Shown piece by piece: positions 38,275-50,900 of a stretch of 64,000 bases of DNA. A program made the position numbers and the translations under genes. Within the stretch, counting starts at the first letter, position 1; each line of letters begins with the position of its first letter. This DNA comes from Narcine bancroftii. Its lineage: Eukaryota. Location of the stretch: the NCBI RefSeq assembly GCF_036971445.1, contig NC_091472.1, forward strand, positions 225,928,001-225,992,000. Direction: 5' to 3'. The notes under the pieces were generated by a model. It saw only the letters and a program-made list of their open reading frames with translations. It did no database searches and was not told where the DNA came from.

Positions 38275-38610
38275 CCAGAGGGCTTCAGTCTGTGTCCAAC
38301 ATTACTTGGCAGTGTATGACAGGACAGTGCAGAAGGAGCTAGCCTGTTCCCTAAGGATGTGTAAGAGTGTGTAAGAGGACACTTCTGTATCAAACCAGTG
38401 ATTGGGAGTGTGTGATGGGACACTGCAAAGAGAGCTTCACTCTGTGTTGAACCAGCGATTGGGAGTATGTGACAGGACAGCGCAGAAGGAGATTCAGTTG
38501 TGTCTAACCTGTTCCCTGAGAGTGCTTGACAAGACACACAGAGGGAGCTGCACCAATAATTGGGAGTGTGTGACGGAACAGTGCAGAAGGAGTTTCACAC
38601 TGAATCTATC
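38275..38610. repeat. Degenerate minisatellite, about 57-bp unit
   Basis: ttgggagtgtgtga.gggaca.tgcagaaggagcttcactctgtgt repeated about 5-6 times. Confidence 0.75.
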
Positions 38611-41600
38611 TCATTTTTTAACTTTATTTCCTTGTCATATGTGACATGGGCGTCTGGTATCCTGTGAACCATTGACATGGTTGTGTTTTAAATTTGGTGC
38701 GCAATTTGTAAATGTAAACTATCAAGATATCAGGACGTTGACAATTAATGGGAATTGGATATTTGACTGTAGAATGCTTCACAATTGAACTCAAGCCACC
38801 ATTCACACACACGTGGTCTTGCACATACAAATGTCACTTGTAAAATATTTATTCTCAATGAGTTCCTCCCCTCTAACATAAAGTCTGCTACAGAATGTTC
38901 TAGATATCAAAACGTAGAGCTCAAAATACAGGAACTTGTGATTGACCTCCTCTCTGGAACCTTCCACTAAACAATGTAGTTAAGCCAGAGAAAACTTGGT
39001 CACATGACAGAATCCTTAAAGGGGTATCAGCTTTAAAGTAAGAATCACTGTTTACAACCAATGAACATACAACACAGCAACAGGCCTTTCAGCCCAACAT
39101 GTCTCTGCAAGGCCATCATATCCTTCATGTAGTATGGCAGTCAATGTTGTAAATAATACGCTGCCAGACTTTGCTGAATACTGAACACGTATGAGACCAT
39201 TTCTGGTTCAGGCATGGATGAGGCTCCCATGTCATACTGAAAGAGTACTGAACTATTGGAATTATCTTCCCAGTGAGGTAAGATAAGACCATTCGATATA
39301 GAAGCAGAAGTAGCCCATTTGGCCTGTCAAGTCTGCTCTGCTATCCTATCATGAGCTGATTCATTCTCACACTCAGCCCCACTCCCCTGCCTTAAACCAG
39401 GCCCCCTATGCCCTTGTTGGTAGATGTAAAGGACTACATTGTTATGTTCTTTCCAAGAAGATTAGGGAAGTTGGGATCATAGAATGGTCACAGCACAGAA
39501 ATAGATCATTTGGCCCACAGTGTCTGCACCAGCTCTCTGCTAGAGCAACATTCCAGTTCCAAACTTTTTCCATAGCCCTGCAATTGTTCTCCACTGTACA
39601 TGAATCTAATTCTCTACTGTGGGGGGGGGGGGGGGGGGCAGTCGTGATGGCAACTGCCCCCAGCACATCTGTAGGCAGTGCACTCAAGATTCCAACCACA
39701 TGCTGCGTAACAAAAAAGCTCTTACTCATGTCACCTTTTATCCTCTTCCCTATAACTTGTGACTGCCAGTTCTTGCTCTCACCTTCAGTGAAACGAGTCT
39801 CCCTCTCTGTCCTGTGCACCCACACTCCTCATTGCTTCTCCACCTTCTCCCCACGAGGCAGGGTCAGCCTCTTCTGTTTCCCTAACCAATATTACCTCCT
39901 TTGCCAATGCCACTGAGACTAATTATTCTGTGATGCTTGTGAGATCTTACTGTGTGTATGTATCAGTTAAGAGGCTTTTAGACATGTGACCATGAAGGGA
40001 GAGTGGAGAGATACCTACCAGGTGCAAGTAGCAGTTTTAATTTGATTTGGACATCATGTTAAGGACAGACATGTGTGCCAAATCCTGTCCTGTCCTAAAT
40101 CCATTCCCTATGCTGTATTGTTCTTTGGTCAATGGTGTTTTCTCACATTTTAAAGTTTGGCTGCAAATTTCTCTGGGAAATCCAAGACCCAAATCATGGT
40201 CTACAATAAATCCAAATCTTTCCCCCCACCCCCCCCCCCTCACCCCTTTCCCCTTCCTTTCCTTATGGAGAAGGAGCTATCACCAGAATTTGCATACGAT
40301 AATGATTCCTCTACATTTTTAGTGCCCTTGTGAGTTCACCTTGCTGCACTGAATGTGAATGAGGTGACTGAACACTCACTCCTCACAGCAGGCAGGTCCT
40401 GTGAAGCTTTAACAGTGGCAGTGATTGAGTTCAGCAGTTTCAAGGCAACCTCCTGAAAAGGTCAGGGCATGAGGATCACTTCAAGCTATTAGTCAAGAGA
40501 TGGAGCAAGTCTAAACTTGGGTGATTCTGACCTGGGCCCCACACAAAGCCTCGCACATTCCAAGGATTGTTGATCTGTGGCATTCTTTTGCCACAGTCCA
40601 GACACTCACTCTGATACGATTGATCAATCAGTGACGGGCAAATTTTCAAACTCCAGCATAGCTGAGAGATTAGCTCAGCATCACAATTACTTGGGAAGTG
40701 TTCACATAAGGATTGTGAAGCCAGAGAAAGGAACATTTCCGATCAACACTGAACCACAGACACAAAAACAGTGTACAAATATATGAGCCAATTTCCTCTG
40801 CCAAATGGATTTTCCAATTCACTTTAAAAATCTTACCATTCTGATGTCAAACACAACCCACGTAAGAAGAGCATTTGTGTGCCTTTCTTTCCTCATCTCA
40901 ATAGGCCAAAGTACTTTAAACACAGTCAAGAACATTAGAATCAGAATTTATTGTCATATGTCACAAACTCTGTTGTTTTGGACCAGCATTTCAGATGTAA
41001 ATGTTGCAATAAATTACATTTTTTAAATAATAAATTTGGGCAAAAGGAGAGAAAGTGAGGTAGTGTAATGGATTATGTTATATTTTATTTTGCATATAGA
41101 TATGTTTTAAAAGGAGATTAATTGTGTTTTTTTTAGTGTCAGTCACAAACAAACACAAACACTTCACAACACAGATCTCATTTAAAATGCCAGAGCTCTG
41201 CTCAAGCCAGACAGTCCAGTCTGAGTGCCTTTGCAAAAACTTTGAAGAATGCTAGCGTAGGGAGAAGACATGGAAAAACACTTCCCCCTGGCAGAACTAT
41301 TAAAAAGCTGTTTGTAAAGTTTTTTAATTTTTTCAGAAAATATTGAAGATATTGCTGATGTATTCTGGAAGCAATTATGAGGAAAACAAAAGCACAAGCA
41401 GCTAAAAAAAAATTGACTTTTAAACAATTATCAAGTACAGAAGAACTTGGGCCTAACTTCGAAGTGGAGCCTCCAGAGTCGATTCTCCAGTCCCTCGGTA
41501 AGATTCACTTGACTCCGGCACTGACTTCACGCAGCGTTGTGGAAGATGGCACCGGTACCTGACGACATCCTCCTCCGGATCAGAAGGACCAGCCACACAT

Positions 41601-43441
41601 GCCCGGGCTGTGGCTGTGGGCGAACCCAACTTCTCTCGGACCAGTGATCCTGGACTGATGGGGGATGTCCTGAATCCACAGTTAGGCTGAAATGCCTTCA
41701 GCATTAACGGAGGAAGAAGCAGGTGACATTGGAGGGGGACTGGAAAAAGAAGAAATTTACCCAGGTGCAGAGGAGGAAGAGACTGTTATATGCAAGGGTG
41801 GGCCCATATCTAAACAGGCTTCAACAAAGTTTAAATCTGACCCTCATTATTCATATGAACCATCACGTTGATATATTTAAACAGATTGGCAACTCAGATG
41901 GGTCAAGGTTTTTCATCTATGAAGGAGTAAGTTGCTGATATGAAGGGGGAGATATCATCTATTAAGTTGGATGTGGCAAAGTGTGTGAAAATGGTGGATA
42001 AGGTACAAGATAAATTTAAGAAGATTGAGGAAGATTGTCATGACTGTAAGGATGATGTGGAACAATGGAAAGAAAAGGTGGGTCAGATGGAGGAGTCATT
42101 CACTGGTTGGGAAATTCAGTGAAATTACTTATTGAAGAAAATTGATGCGTTGGAGAATCAACATCGAAGGAATATGTTAAAATTGTTGGTCTTCTGGAAG
42201 ATTTTGAAGGTCCGGATATGCTTCAATTTTTTTCAGGAGTGGATCCCTGAAGTTTTGGGGAAAGAATACTTTCCGAATGGTTTGGAACTGGATAGAGCTC
42301 ATAGAGAGATAAGAAGAAAACCTCTTCCAGGTCAAGCTCCACATTCTATCAAGGTAGAGAAATGATCTTAAGAGTTGCAGTTCAAAATGTGAGAAGTAAT
42401 CAAGACCTCTTGGTGGTTAAGAATAATAGAGTTTTATTTTATGCTGATTTGAGCCAAGCTGTTATTAAACAACGTAAAGAATTTAATTCTGCCAAAGCTG
42501 TTTTGTGGAAGAAAGTATTCAAATTTGCTTTTCGGTATCCTGTTGTCCTTAAAGTTTTTTATGGAGACTTTCAATCTCAGTTCTTTAGTGATAATGCTGA
42601 AACTCTCTCATTTGCTAATTCTCTACTGGATAATATGCAGATGAAAAGTCGAGAAAGTTTTTTCCAACAGTCTGTTGCTGTTCAGTAGTGGAAGAATGGA
42701 GGGTGAGAGAAGGAATCTCAGCAGTTGATTGATATTAATATCAATGATGATCAAATTAATAGAGATCTGGAGGAAGCATATCATACTTGAAATGACATGT
42801 TGATTATTATTTTTTGCTCTGTTCGGGGGGGGTGGTTTAACTATTGATCCTTCTGAAGTCATTGGCCACTTTGTGGCATTGGTCACTTCCTCATAATGGG
42901 GGGGGGGGGGGTTTAATACTGTAGTACAGTATTATTTTGGTTTTTTTATATATGGGGTTTCTTTCTTTTCCTTTTCTTTTGAGGAGATCATTTAGCCCTT
43001 TTTGTGTGGTTGCCATGGGGAGGAGTTTCACTATGTGTGGTAAGGTGGTTTTTGAAGTGAATTGTAATTATGGCTAATTTAAATTTTGCTACTTTTGATG
43101 TTAATGGGCTTAAAAATCTGATTAAGAGGAATATTGGTGAATTTTGTAATTTTGTAATGAATGAATCAATGATTATATATAAACCTCAGGAAATTAATGA
43201 TGTGTTTTGAAAATTTTATGAAAAACTGTATACATCTGAAGTAGTAGAGGATAAGGTTAAAATTGATCATTTTAAAATCTGATTTGGATTTAGCCTTTTT
43301 GAGTGATAAGGATATTAAAGATTTGGATGTTTCTTTTACTACTAAAGAAGTAATAGATGCACTTCGATCTATACCAAATGGGAAGTCTCCAGGGGATGAT
43401 GGTTTTACTTCTGAATTTTATACAGAATTTCAGGATTTATT

Positions 43442-44388
43442 CTTTGGCTTGGCTTCGCGGACGAAGATTTATGGAGGGGGTAAATATCCACGTCAGCTGC
43501 AGGCTTGTTTGTGGCTGACAAGTCTGATGCGGGACAGGCAGACACGGTTGCAGCGGTTGCAGGGGAAAATTGGTTGGTTGGGGTTGGGTGTTGGGTTTTT
43601 CCTCCTTTGTCTTTTGTCAGTGAGGTGGGCTCTGTGGTCTTCTTCAAAGGAGGTTGCTGCCCGCCGAACTGTGAGGCGCCAAGATGCACGGTTTGAGGCG
43701 ATATCAGCCCACTGGTGGTGGTCAATGTGGCAGGCATCAAGAGATTTCTTTAGGCAGTCCTTGTACCTCTTCTTTGGTGCAACTCTGTCACGGTGGCCAG
43801 TGGAGAGCTCGCTATATAACACGCTCTTGGGAAGGCGATGGTCCTCCATTCTGGAGACGTGACCCACCCAGCGCAGCTGGATCTTCAGCAGCGTGGACTC
43901 GATGCTGTCGGCCTCTGCCATCTCGAGTACTTCGACGTTAGGGATGAAGGCGCTCCAATGAATATTGAGGATGGAGTGGAGACAATGCTGGTGGAAGCAT
44001 TCTAGGAGCCGTAGGTGATGCCAGTAGAGGACCCATGATTCGGAGCCGAACAGGAGTGTGGGTATGACAATGGCTCTGTATACGCTTATCTTTCTGAGGT
44101 TTTTCAGTTGGTTGTTTTTCCAGACTCTTTTGTGTAGTCTTCCAAAGGCACTATTTGCCTTGGCGAGTCTGTTGTCTATCTCGTTGTCAATCCTTGCATC
44201 TGATGAAATGGTGCAGCCGAGATAGGTAAACTGGTTGACTGTTTTGAGTTTTGTGTGCCCGATGGAGATCTGGGGGGGCTGGTAGACATGGTGGGGAGCT
44301 GGCTGATGGAGGACCTCAGTTTTCTTCAGGCTGACTTCCAGGCCAAACATTTTGGCAGTTTCCGCAAAACAGGATGTCAAGCGCTGAA
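43442..44388 (-). mobile_element. RTE LINE, 5'-truncated, young
   Basis: Open frame of about 300 aa nearly identical to the 61785-63050 copy; TSD gatttatt (43434-43441 and 44389-44396). Confidence 0.95.
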
Positions 44389-44937
44389 GATTTATTAATT
44401 CCTTTATTAATGGATGTATTGAAACAGGCAACAGAGATTCATTCTTTTCCAGATTTTTTTCTCAAGCAATTATTAGTTATTCTTAAGAAAGATATGGATT
44501 CATTGAAAACAGAGTCTTAAGACCAATTTCATTATTAAATGTTGATTATAAAATTGTGGAAAAAGTTCTAGCTAATAGGTTGGCTAAATATTTACCAGAT
44601 CTAAATCATTTAGGTCAGGCGTGTTTTATTAAAAATCATTATTTGGCAAATAATATTGTGAAATTGATTTCTTTAATTAATGTTTCTCAGGAGGGATCCA
44701 ACCTACCAATGGTTATTTTGTTGGATGCAGAAAAGGCCTTTGATAGAGTAGAGTAGAGTTTCTTATTTAAAGTTTTGGAGAAATTTAAATTTGGCCTCTT
44801 TTTTATTAGTTGGATTAAGGATTTATATAGAAGTCCCACTGCTAGAGTTGTGACAAATGGACAGTTATCTTTACCTTTTATGTTGACCGGATCAACTAGA
44901 CAAGGTTGTCCTTTGTCATCAGCTCTATTTTCGTTAG

Positions 44938-47202
44938 TGTGATAGTACAGATTCTATCACCAATATGTATATGTACATATGTACAGATGGTAGTGTAATA
45001 TGACTGTGATTAGCTGAGAGTGTAGCCACACCTACTGGCAGGTCTTAAAGGATTGCTCCTAGCCAGACCAGGTCATTCTGGACTGGTCGACCTACTTGTG
45101 ATATGCTCCAGTCTTTTAGTTAATAAAATTGTAATGCGTGTCGAAAGAACCAAAGACTTGTTGATCCAAACTAGAAGTGGGGCTCGCAATTCTGGGTTGT
45201 GTGGTAGAGAACCCAGGATCATGCCGGACCCTGACCGCATGCGTCCCCACATGGACGCCCCCCCCCCCCGCCCCCCATACCCAGAAGGCACTCAAATGCT
45301 GCCTGGATTTTTTCTCTTACTATGCCCAAAGGGTTCCACACTATGTCAACAAGGCACGGCCACTCGTCAAGACCACCTCCTTCCCCCTATCAACTGAAAC
45401 CAGAGCGGCTTTCGACTGCATCAAATCAGACATCACTGCTGCAACGCTGCACGCCATCGATGAGTCTATTCCTTTCCAAGTCAAAAGCGATGCGTCTGAC
45501 TTTGCACTGGCAGCCACTTTAAACCAGGCCGGCCGGCCGGTAGCCTTCTTCTCCAGAACCCTCCAGGGTCCTGAGAGCCAACACTCCTCTGTCGAGAAAG
45601 AGGCCCAGGCCATAGTCGAGGCAGTATGTCGTTGGAGACACTACCTCACTGGCAGGCGCTTTACATTGCTGACTGACCAATGCATGGTCTCCTTCATGTT
45701 TAGCAATACCAGCAATGAAAGATCAAGAATGACAAAATCGCCAGGTGGAGAATCGAGCTCTCCACCTTTAATTATGACATACCGTATCGGTCAAGTAAAC
45801 TCAACGACCTGCCAGATGTGCTCTCCAGGGGGACTTACGCCAACATTCAACTGGACAGACTCCAGAAACTCCACGAGGAGCTCTGTCATCCAGGGGTCAC
45901 TAGGTTTGCGCACTTTGTCAAAGCTCGCAACCTGCCCTACACGGTCGAGGAGGTTCGCTCCATGACCCGAGACTGCCCAGTGTGCATTGAATGCAAGCCC
46001 CACTTCTTCCGTCCGGAGAACACCCACGTCATCAAAGCCACCCGCCCCTTTGAGCATCTCAGCATGGACTTCAAGGGGCCCCTACCGTCAACCAACCATA
46101 ACACCTACATCCTTACGGCCATTGACGAGTACTTCCACTTCCCGTTCGCTGTGCCCTGCTCGGACATGACTGCCTCCTCAGTTATAGAGGCCCTGCACAG
46201 CATCTTCACCATCTTCGGGTACCCCAGTTACATCCACAGTGACAGGGAGTCCTCGTTTATGAGTGTGGAGCTGCGGCAGTACCTTCTGGAGCGTGGTATT
46301 GCTTCAAGCAGGTCCACCAGCTATAACCCACGTGGTAATGGGCAAGTCAAAAGAGAGAAAGCGGTTACGCTTGCCCTCCAGTCCAAAGGTCTCTCCACCT
46401 CTCGCTGGCAGGATGTGCTCATGAGTGCCCTACACTCCATCCTCTCCCTCCTATGCACCATGACCAATGCCACCCCCCATGAAAGGATGTTCTCTTTCCT
46501 GAGGAAATCTGAGTCGGGTACAACCATACCAGCATGGCTCACGGTTCCCGGTCCAGTCCTTTTACAACCCCTTGGTTGACCGAGTGACTCTGCTCCATGC
46601 GAACCCCCATTGTGCCTATGTTGAGTACCCAGACAGACGGGAGGTCACAGTCTCGGTAAGGGACCTAGCCCAAGCCGGATCAGGTGCAGCAGTGCCTTTA
46701 ACCCAACCTCCCCTATTCCTTCTCCCTCAGGTCATGTAGTTGAACAGAGGGACCAGCACCACCCACCAGCTCAGGCCAGACTGTCGACAATGCCGTTGGG
46801 GAATTGAGCAAAGGAGTGGCTCCACCCTACAAGCCTGCCAGCGACACGACTCTGGCGATCCCAATCCCGGCACCATGTCGGTCACACCGGATGGTCAGGC
46901 CCCCTGACCGGTACAGCCCCTAACCTCCATCCACCTGGGGTTGGTTCTCAAAGAAGGGGTGAATGTGATAGTACAGATTCTATCACCAATGTGTACATGT
47001 ACATATGTTCAGATAGTAGTGTAGGATGACTGTGATTGGCTGAGAGCGTAGCCAAACCTACTGGCAGGTCTTAAAGGATTTTTCCTAACCAGACCAGGTC
47101 ATTCTGGACTGGTCGACCTACTTGTGATATTCTCCAGTCTTTTAGTTAATAAAAGCCTTGGTTTGGATCAACAAGTTTTTGGTTCTTTCAACGTGCACTA
47201 CA
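44938..47202 (+). mobile_element. Mag-like Gypsy element with internal deletion (gag, PR and most of RT lost) and inverted U5 in the 5' LTR
   Basis: LTRs 44938-45171 and 46964-47202, 5-bp TSD gttag/attag splitting the L1 RT, PPT aaagaaggggtgaa at 46950-46963, RH (SDASD, EKEAQAI) and IN (LCHPG, DFKGP, HSDR, PRGNGQ). Confidence 0.95.
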
Positions 47203-50200
47203 ATTAGTTATTGAACCTTTGGCTCAAGTGATTAGACATGATAGTAAAATTAAAGGTATTAAGGTGAAATCTGATGAATTTAAAATTAATTTGTTTGCAG
47301 ATGATGTTTTGATATATTTAACAAAACTTCAGAATTCCCTGAGGAGTTTACATGACAGATTGGAACAATATGGTGAGATATCAAGTTATAAAGTTAATTG
47401 GGAAAAAAGTGAGATTATGCCTTTAGCCGAAATAGATTATTCTTCATGTAGGCATATTGTGAAATTTAAATGGTCAGGTCAGATTAATTGTTTATGAGTT
47501 AAGGTAGATTGTAATTATAGTAATTTATATGAATTAAATTATTTGCCTTTATTGTCAAAAATTAAACATGATTTGAATCGATGAAAAGATTTATCAATTA
47601 CATTAATAGGATGAGTTAATCGTATTAAAATGAATATTTTTCCTCAAATTCAAATTTTTTCAGTCTATTCCTTCTAAGATTCCACAAAACTTTTTAAAGG
47701 ATTTAAATGCCTTGGTGAGGAAATTTTTATGGAAGGATAAAATGGTAAAGGTGTCATTACAGAAATTGACTTGGAAATATGAATTAGGAGGTTTGCAGCT
47801 TCCTAATTTTCAAAATTATTATGATGCAGCAGAATTGAAATTTATTAATAGAATGTTTGAAATAGATAAACCTTTGATATGGGCTAATATTAAACTATCT
47901 TTAATTGATTATAAGAAGATGGATCAGTTTATTTATAGATGGAATCCTAAATTGTTGAGTAATTATAATTTACCAATTTTGAAACATTTAATGGATTTAT
48001 TATATAAAAAAATGAAGCCATGGGTACTCAAGGTAAGATTTCAGGTAAAACTCCATTGTATCAAAATAAGCCTTTTACAATTAATAATCAACTTCTGAAG
48101 TTATGGGATCAAGAGGATATTAAATTGATGCAAGATTGTAATAAAGCATGATATTTTATTTATTTTCAAAGAATGAAAGAGAAATATGAAATATCTTCAA
48201 ATACTCCTCTTTCTTATTATCAAATTAAAGCTTTATTGTTGAATAATTTTGGACGTACTTTATAGCTACCTAGACAGTTTAAGTTTGAAATTTTACTTAC
48301 TGAGGGTGGTAAGAAGGGATTTATATCCGAGATGTATGCTTTACTACAGAATAAAATGCCTAAGTTGGATTTACATAAATCTAGACTGAAATGGGAGAAA
48401 GATTTAGATATACTTATTTCTTAGGATGATTGGATGAATTTATGTAGGGATAGTATGACTAAAATTGTAAATGTAAGATATCGATTAGTTCATTATAATT
48501 TTATTCATCAATTATATTTAACTCCAGGAAAATTAAGAAAATATAATTTTATTTCTTTGGATTTATGTTTTATATGTCATAAGGACATAGGTTCTTTTTT
48601 ACACTCTACTTGGTCATGTGAGACAGTGAAACCTTTTTGGAATTTTTAGAAGTTATTTTGAATGTGAAATTTCATTAGATCCTTTAGTGTTTTTGTTGAG
48701 TAATATTAAGAGAATTCATTTAGAATTAATATTAAATAGATTTCAAATCGCTTTTTTGAGATTGGCATTAGCTGTGGCTAGAAAATGTTTGGCAATTACT
48801 TGGAAAAATTAGACTGATTTGAGTATTCAGAGATGGCATTTGGAGTTGAGGTCTTGTATTCTATTGGAAAAGATTACATATAATTTACATGATAATTATC
48901 TTTTTTATTGTAAAACCTGGAGCCCATATTTGGATTATATGGGGTTGAATTATTAAATCTTGCAACACAGTAGTGGTGTTGTTCCAAACTATGTAATTAA
49001 CTGATGAATTTTTTTGGGGGTAGGTTGGGGGAGGGGTTCGATGGGGTAGGTGGGTTAGGGAAGGGGTGGGGGTTGTAGGGGATAAGTTTTAAAATATCAT
49101 GTATGTACTTTCATTAATTCCATGTTTTAACATATACATCATAATGCAATAAATAACATTTTTTCAAAAGAATGCCCATAAGGACTTCACAGGTAGGTGT
49201 TAATTGGAATGCTGTGGAGTAATGGATTATTGTTTTGAAAAGCAACAGATGAACAGACTCGCAAGATTAGGTCCAGTGCCACAGTCTGTCTGAATGCAGT
49301 TTGCTTTTCTAAGAGGGTCATGTGATTTTCTCTGTGAGAGAGAGAGAATTCAGTTCTACAGTTCAGTAGGAGCAGCTGGGACTGGAACAGGACAAGCTGG
49401 CAAGCTTGTTTGAAACCCCATTTTAAAGACAGTTTGTGAGTTCTTAGTTCAGCCTGTTCAAAGTCCTTGTGGTCCATGCAAGAGGAGATGGCTGGCTGTA
49501 TAATGTTTCACTTGAAATAAGGGAAAAGAAAAGGAACTCTGTAGTGACCTGGAAGAAAGAGGTTATCATCAGGAAAACCCTGATGGGGCAATTGTCTTTG
49601 GCAAGACACCGAAATGACTGATCAGAAGGAATCAACGAGAAACAAATCTCTCTCTGAAAACTGACAAGAACCTTCCTGAGCGGTAACCTTTTACCTTTCA
49701 AGCACCAAAGCCTGGTGAAGATTCATAAATATTAAATTCTGTGGACAGTATAAAAACTGCCTGTTCCCTGTGAACTTAGAAGAGAGAGAAGTGAGATTGG
49801 ACTGTGAATCAAAGAACTTTTAGGAAATTATATACATATTACAAACACGTGTGCTTAGAATTAGAAAGGGGTTAAGTTAATAGTCACAAGTTAAAGTTTG
49901 ATCCTGTTTTTATGTTTAAGATAATTAAAAATAACTTTTGTTTCAGTAACCATTTGTCTTGGTGAATTTCTATTGCTGCTGGGTTTTGGGGTCCTCTGGG
50001 CTCATAACATTCGTGTCTGTAATTCATTGCCAATTCAGAAATCAAAAGGCAGAGAGGAAGAAACTGTTTTTGGACCACTGGGTGTTTGTCTTCAGGTTCC
50101 TGTATCTCCTTCCTGATGGTAGCAGTGAGAAGAGGGTGGGGGGGGGGGTTGGTGCAGGGGGGAGGTTCCTTGAGGATAAAGGCTGCCCTCTCAAGGCAAC

Positions 50201-50900
50201 ACCTCTTGTAGGTGTCGTTTAATGGCGAGTAGAATGATACCCATGATGGCTTTGGCCGAGTTCACAACTCTCTGTAGTCTTTTCCTGTCCTGTGCATTGA
50301 TACCTCTATAAGTCAGAATATTCTCCACAGTACACCTATAGAAATTTATAAGAGTCTTTGGTGATATAGTAAATTTCCTGAAACTCCTCACAAAGTACAG
50401 GCACTGGTGAGACTTCTTCATGATTTCATCAACATGAAGGCCCCAGGATAGATCTTCAGAGATGTTGACACCCAGGAATTTAAATTTCTTAATTAACGAA
50501 CAAACAAAGTCCAAAACATTACAATGACATAATGTGCAGGTATCTGTATCGGCTTTGATTGATGAGCATAAATATCAGCACCAGGAGAATTCCCTTCTTT
50601 GCTTTGATTTAGTTCCTTCAAGGATTTTTTTTTGCATCCTCCTTGGAGAGCAGGTGGGTCTTCAATTAAACATTAACACTACAGACATCACAGGAGACCT
50701 CTCATGCTACCCTTAAACTTCAGCCTGAATTTTGTTCTTGGGTCAATGGAGATGGGTCAATGTCGTTGTATCATCCTGAATATTGTACTCAAAATCTTGA
50801 GGCATAAAAACATTGTGGCTTACCAGGATCCTAAAGGACCATAGCTGAGCATGCAGTGTCGATGGGATGGGAGAGAGAGGGGATAATTAGGATTAATTGG

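Larger units (their letters stand above)
41253..49167 (+). mobile_element. L1-clade LINE, near full-length, EN domain deleted, interrupted by RTE and Gypsy
   Basis: TSD aagaatgc (41245-41252 and 49168-49175); ORF1 LENQHRRN, RYPVVLKV; ORF2 from 43070 with KSPGDDG, LDAEKAFDRV, LFADD; AATAAA at 49148. Confidence 0.92.
41064..50009 (+). mobile_element. Solo LTR of about 1 kb (41064-41252 + 49176-50009) split by an L1
   Basis: TGTAA...TAACA termini; halves rejoin at TSD aagaatgc; the same 3' end recurs inverted at 63884-64000. Confidence 0.7.
40930..50490 (-). mobile_element. Rex/Babar LINE 3' fragment (40930-41063 + 50010-50490) hosting a nested stack
   Basis: Tail agaatcagaatttattgtc at 40938; resumes at 50010 and encodes FKFLGVNISEDLSW..QCLYFVRSFRKF. 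Confidence 0.75.

Noticed and set aside
33695-38610. Spaced repeats as a CRISPR-like array
   Set aside because: Units are degenerate tandem minisatellites without unique spacers, in a vertebrate context with no cas genes.
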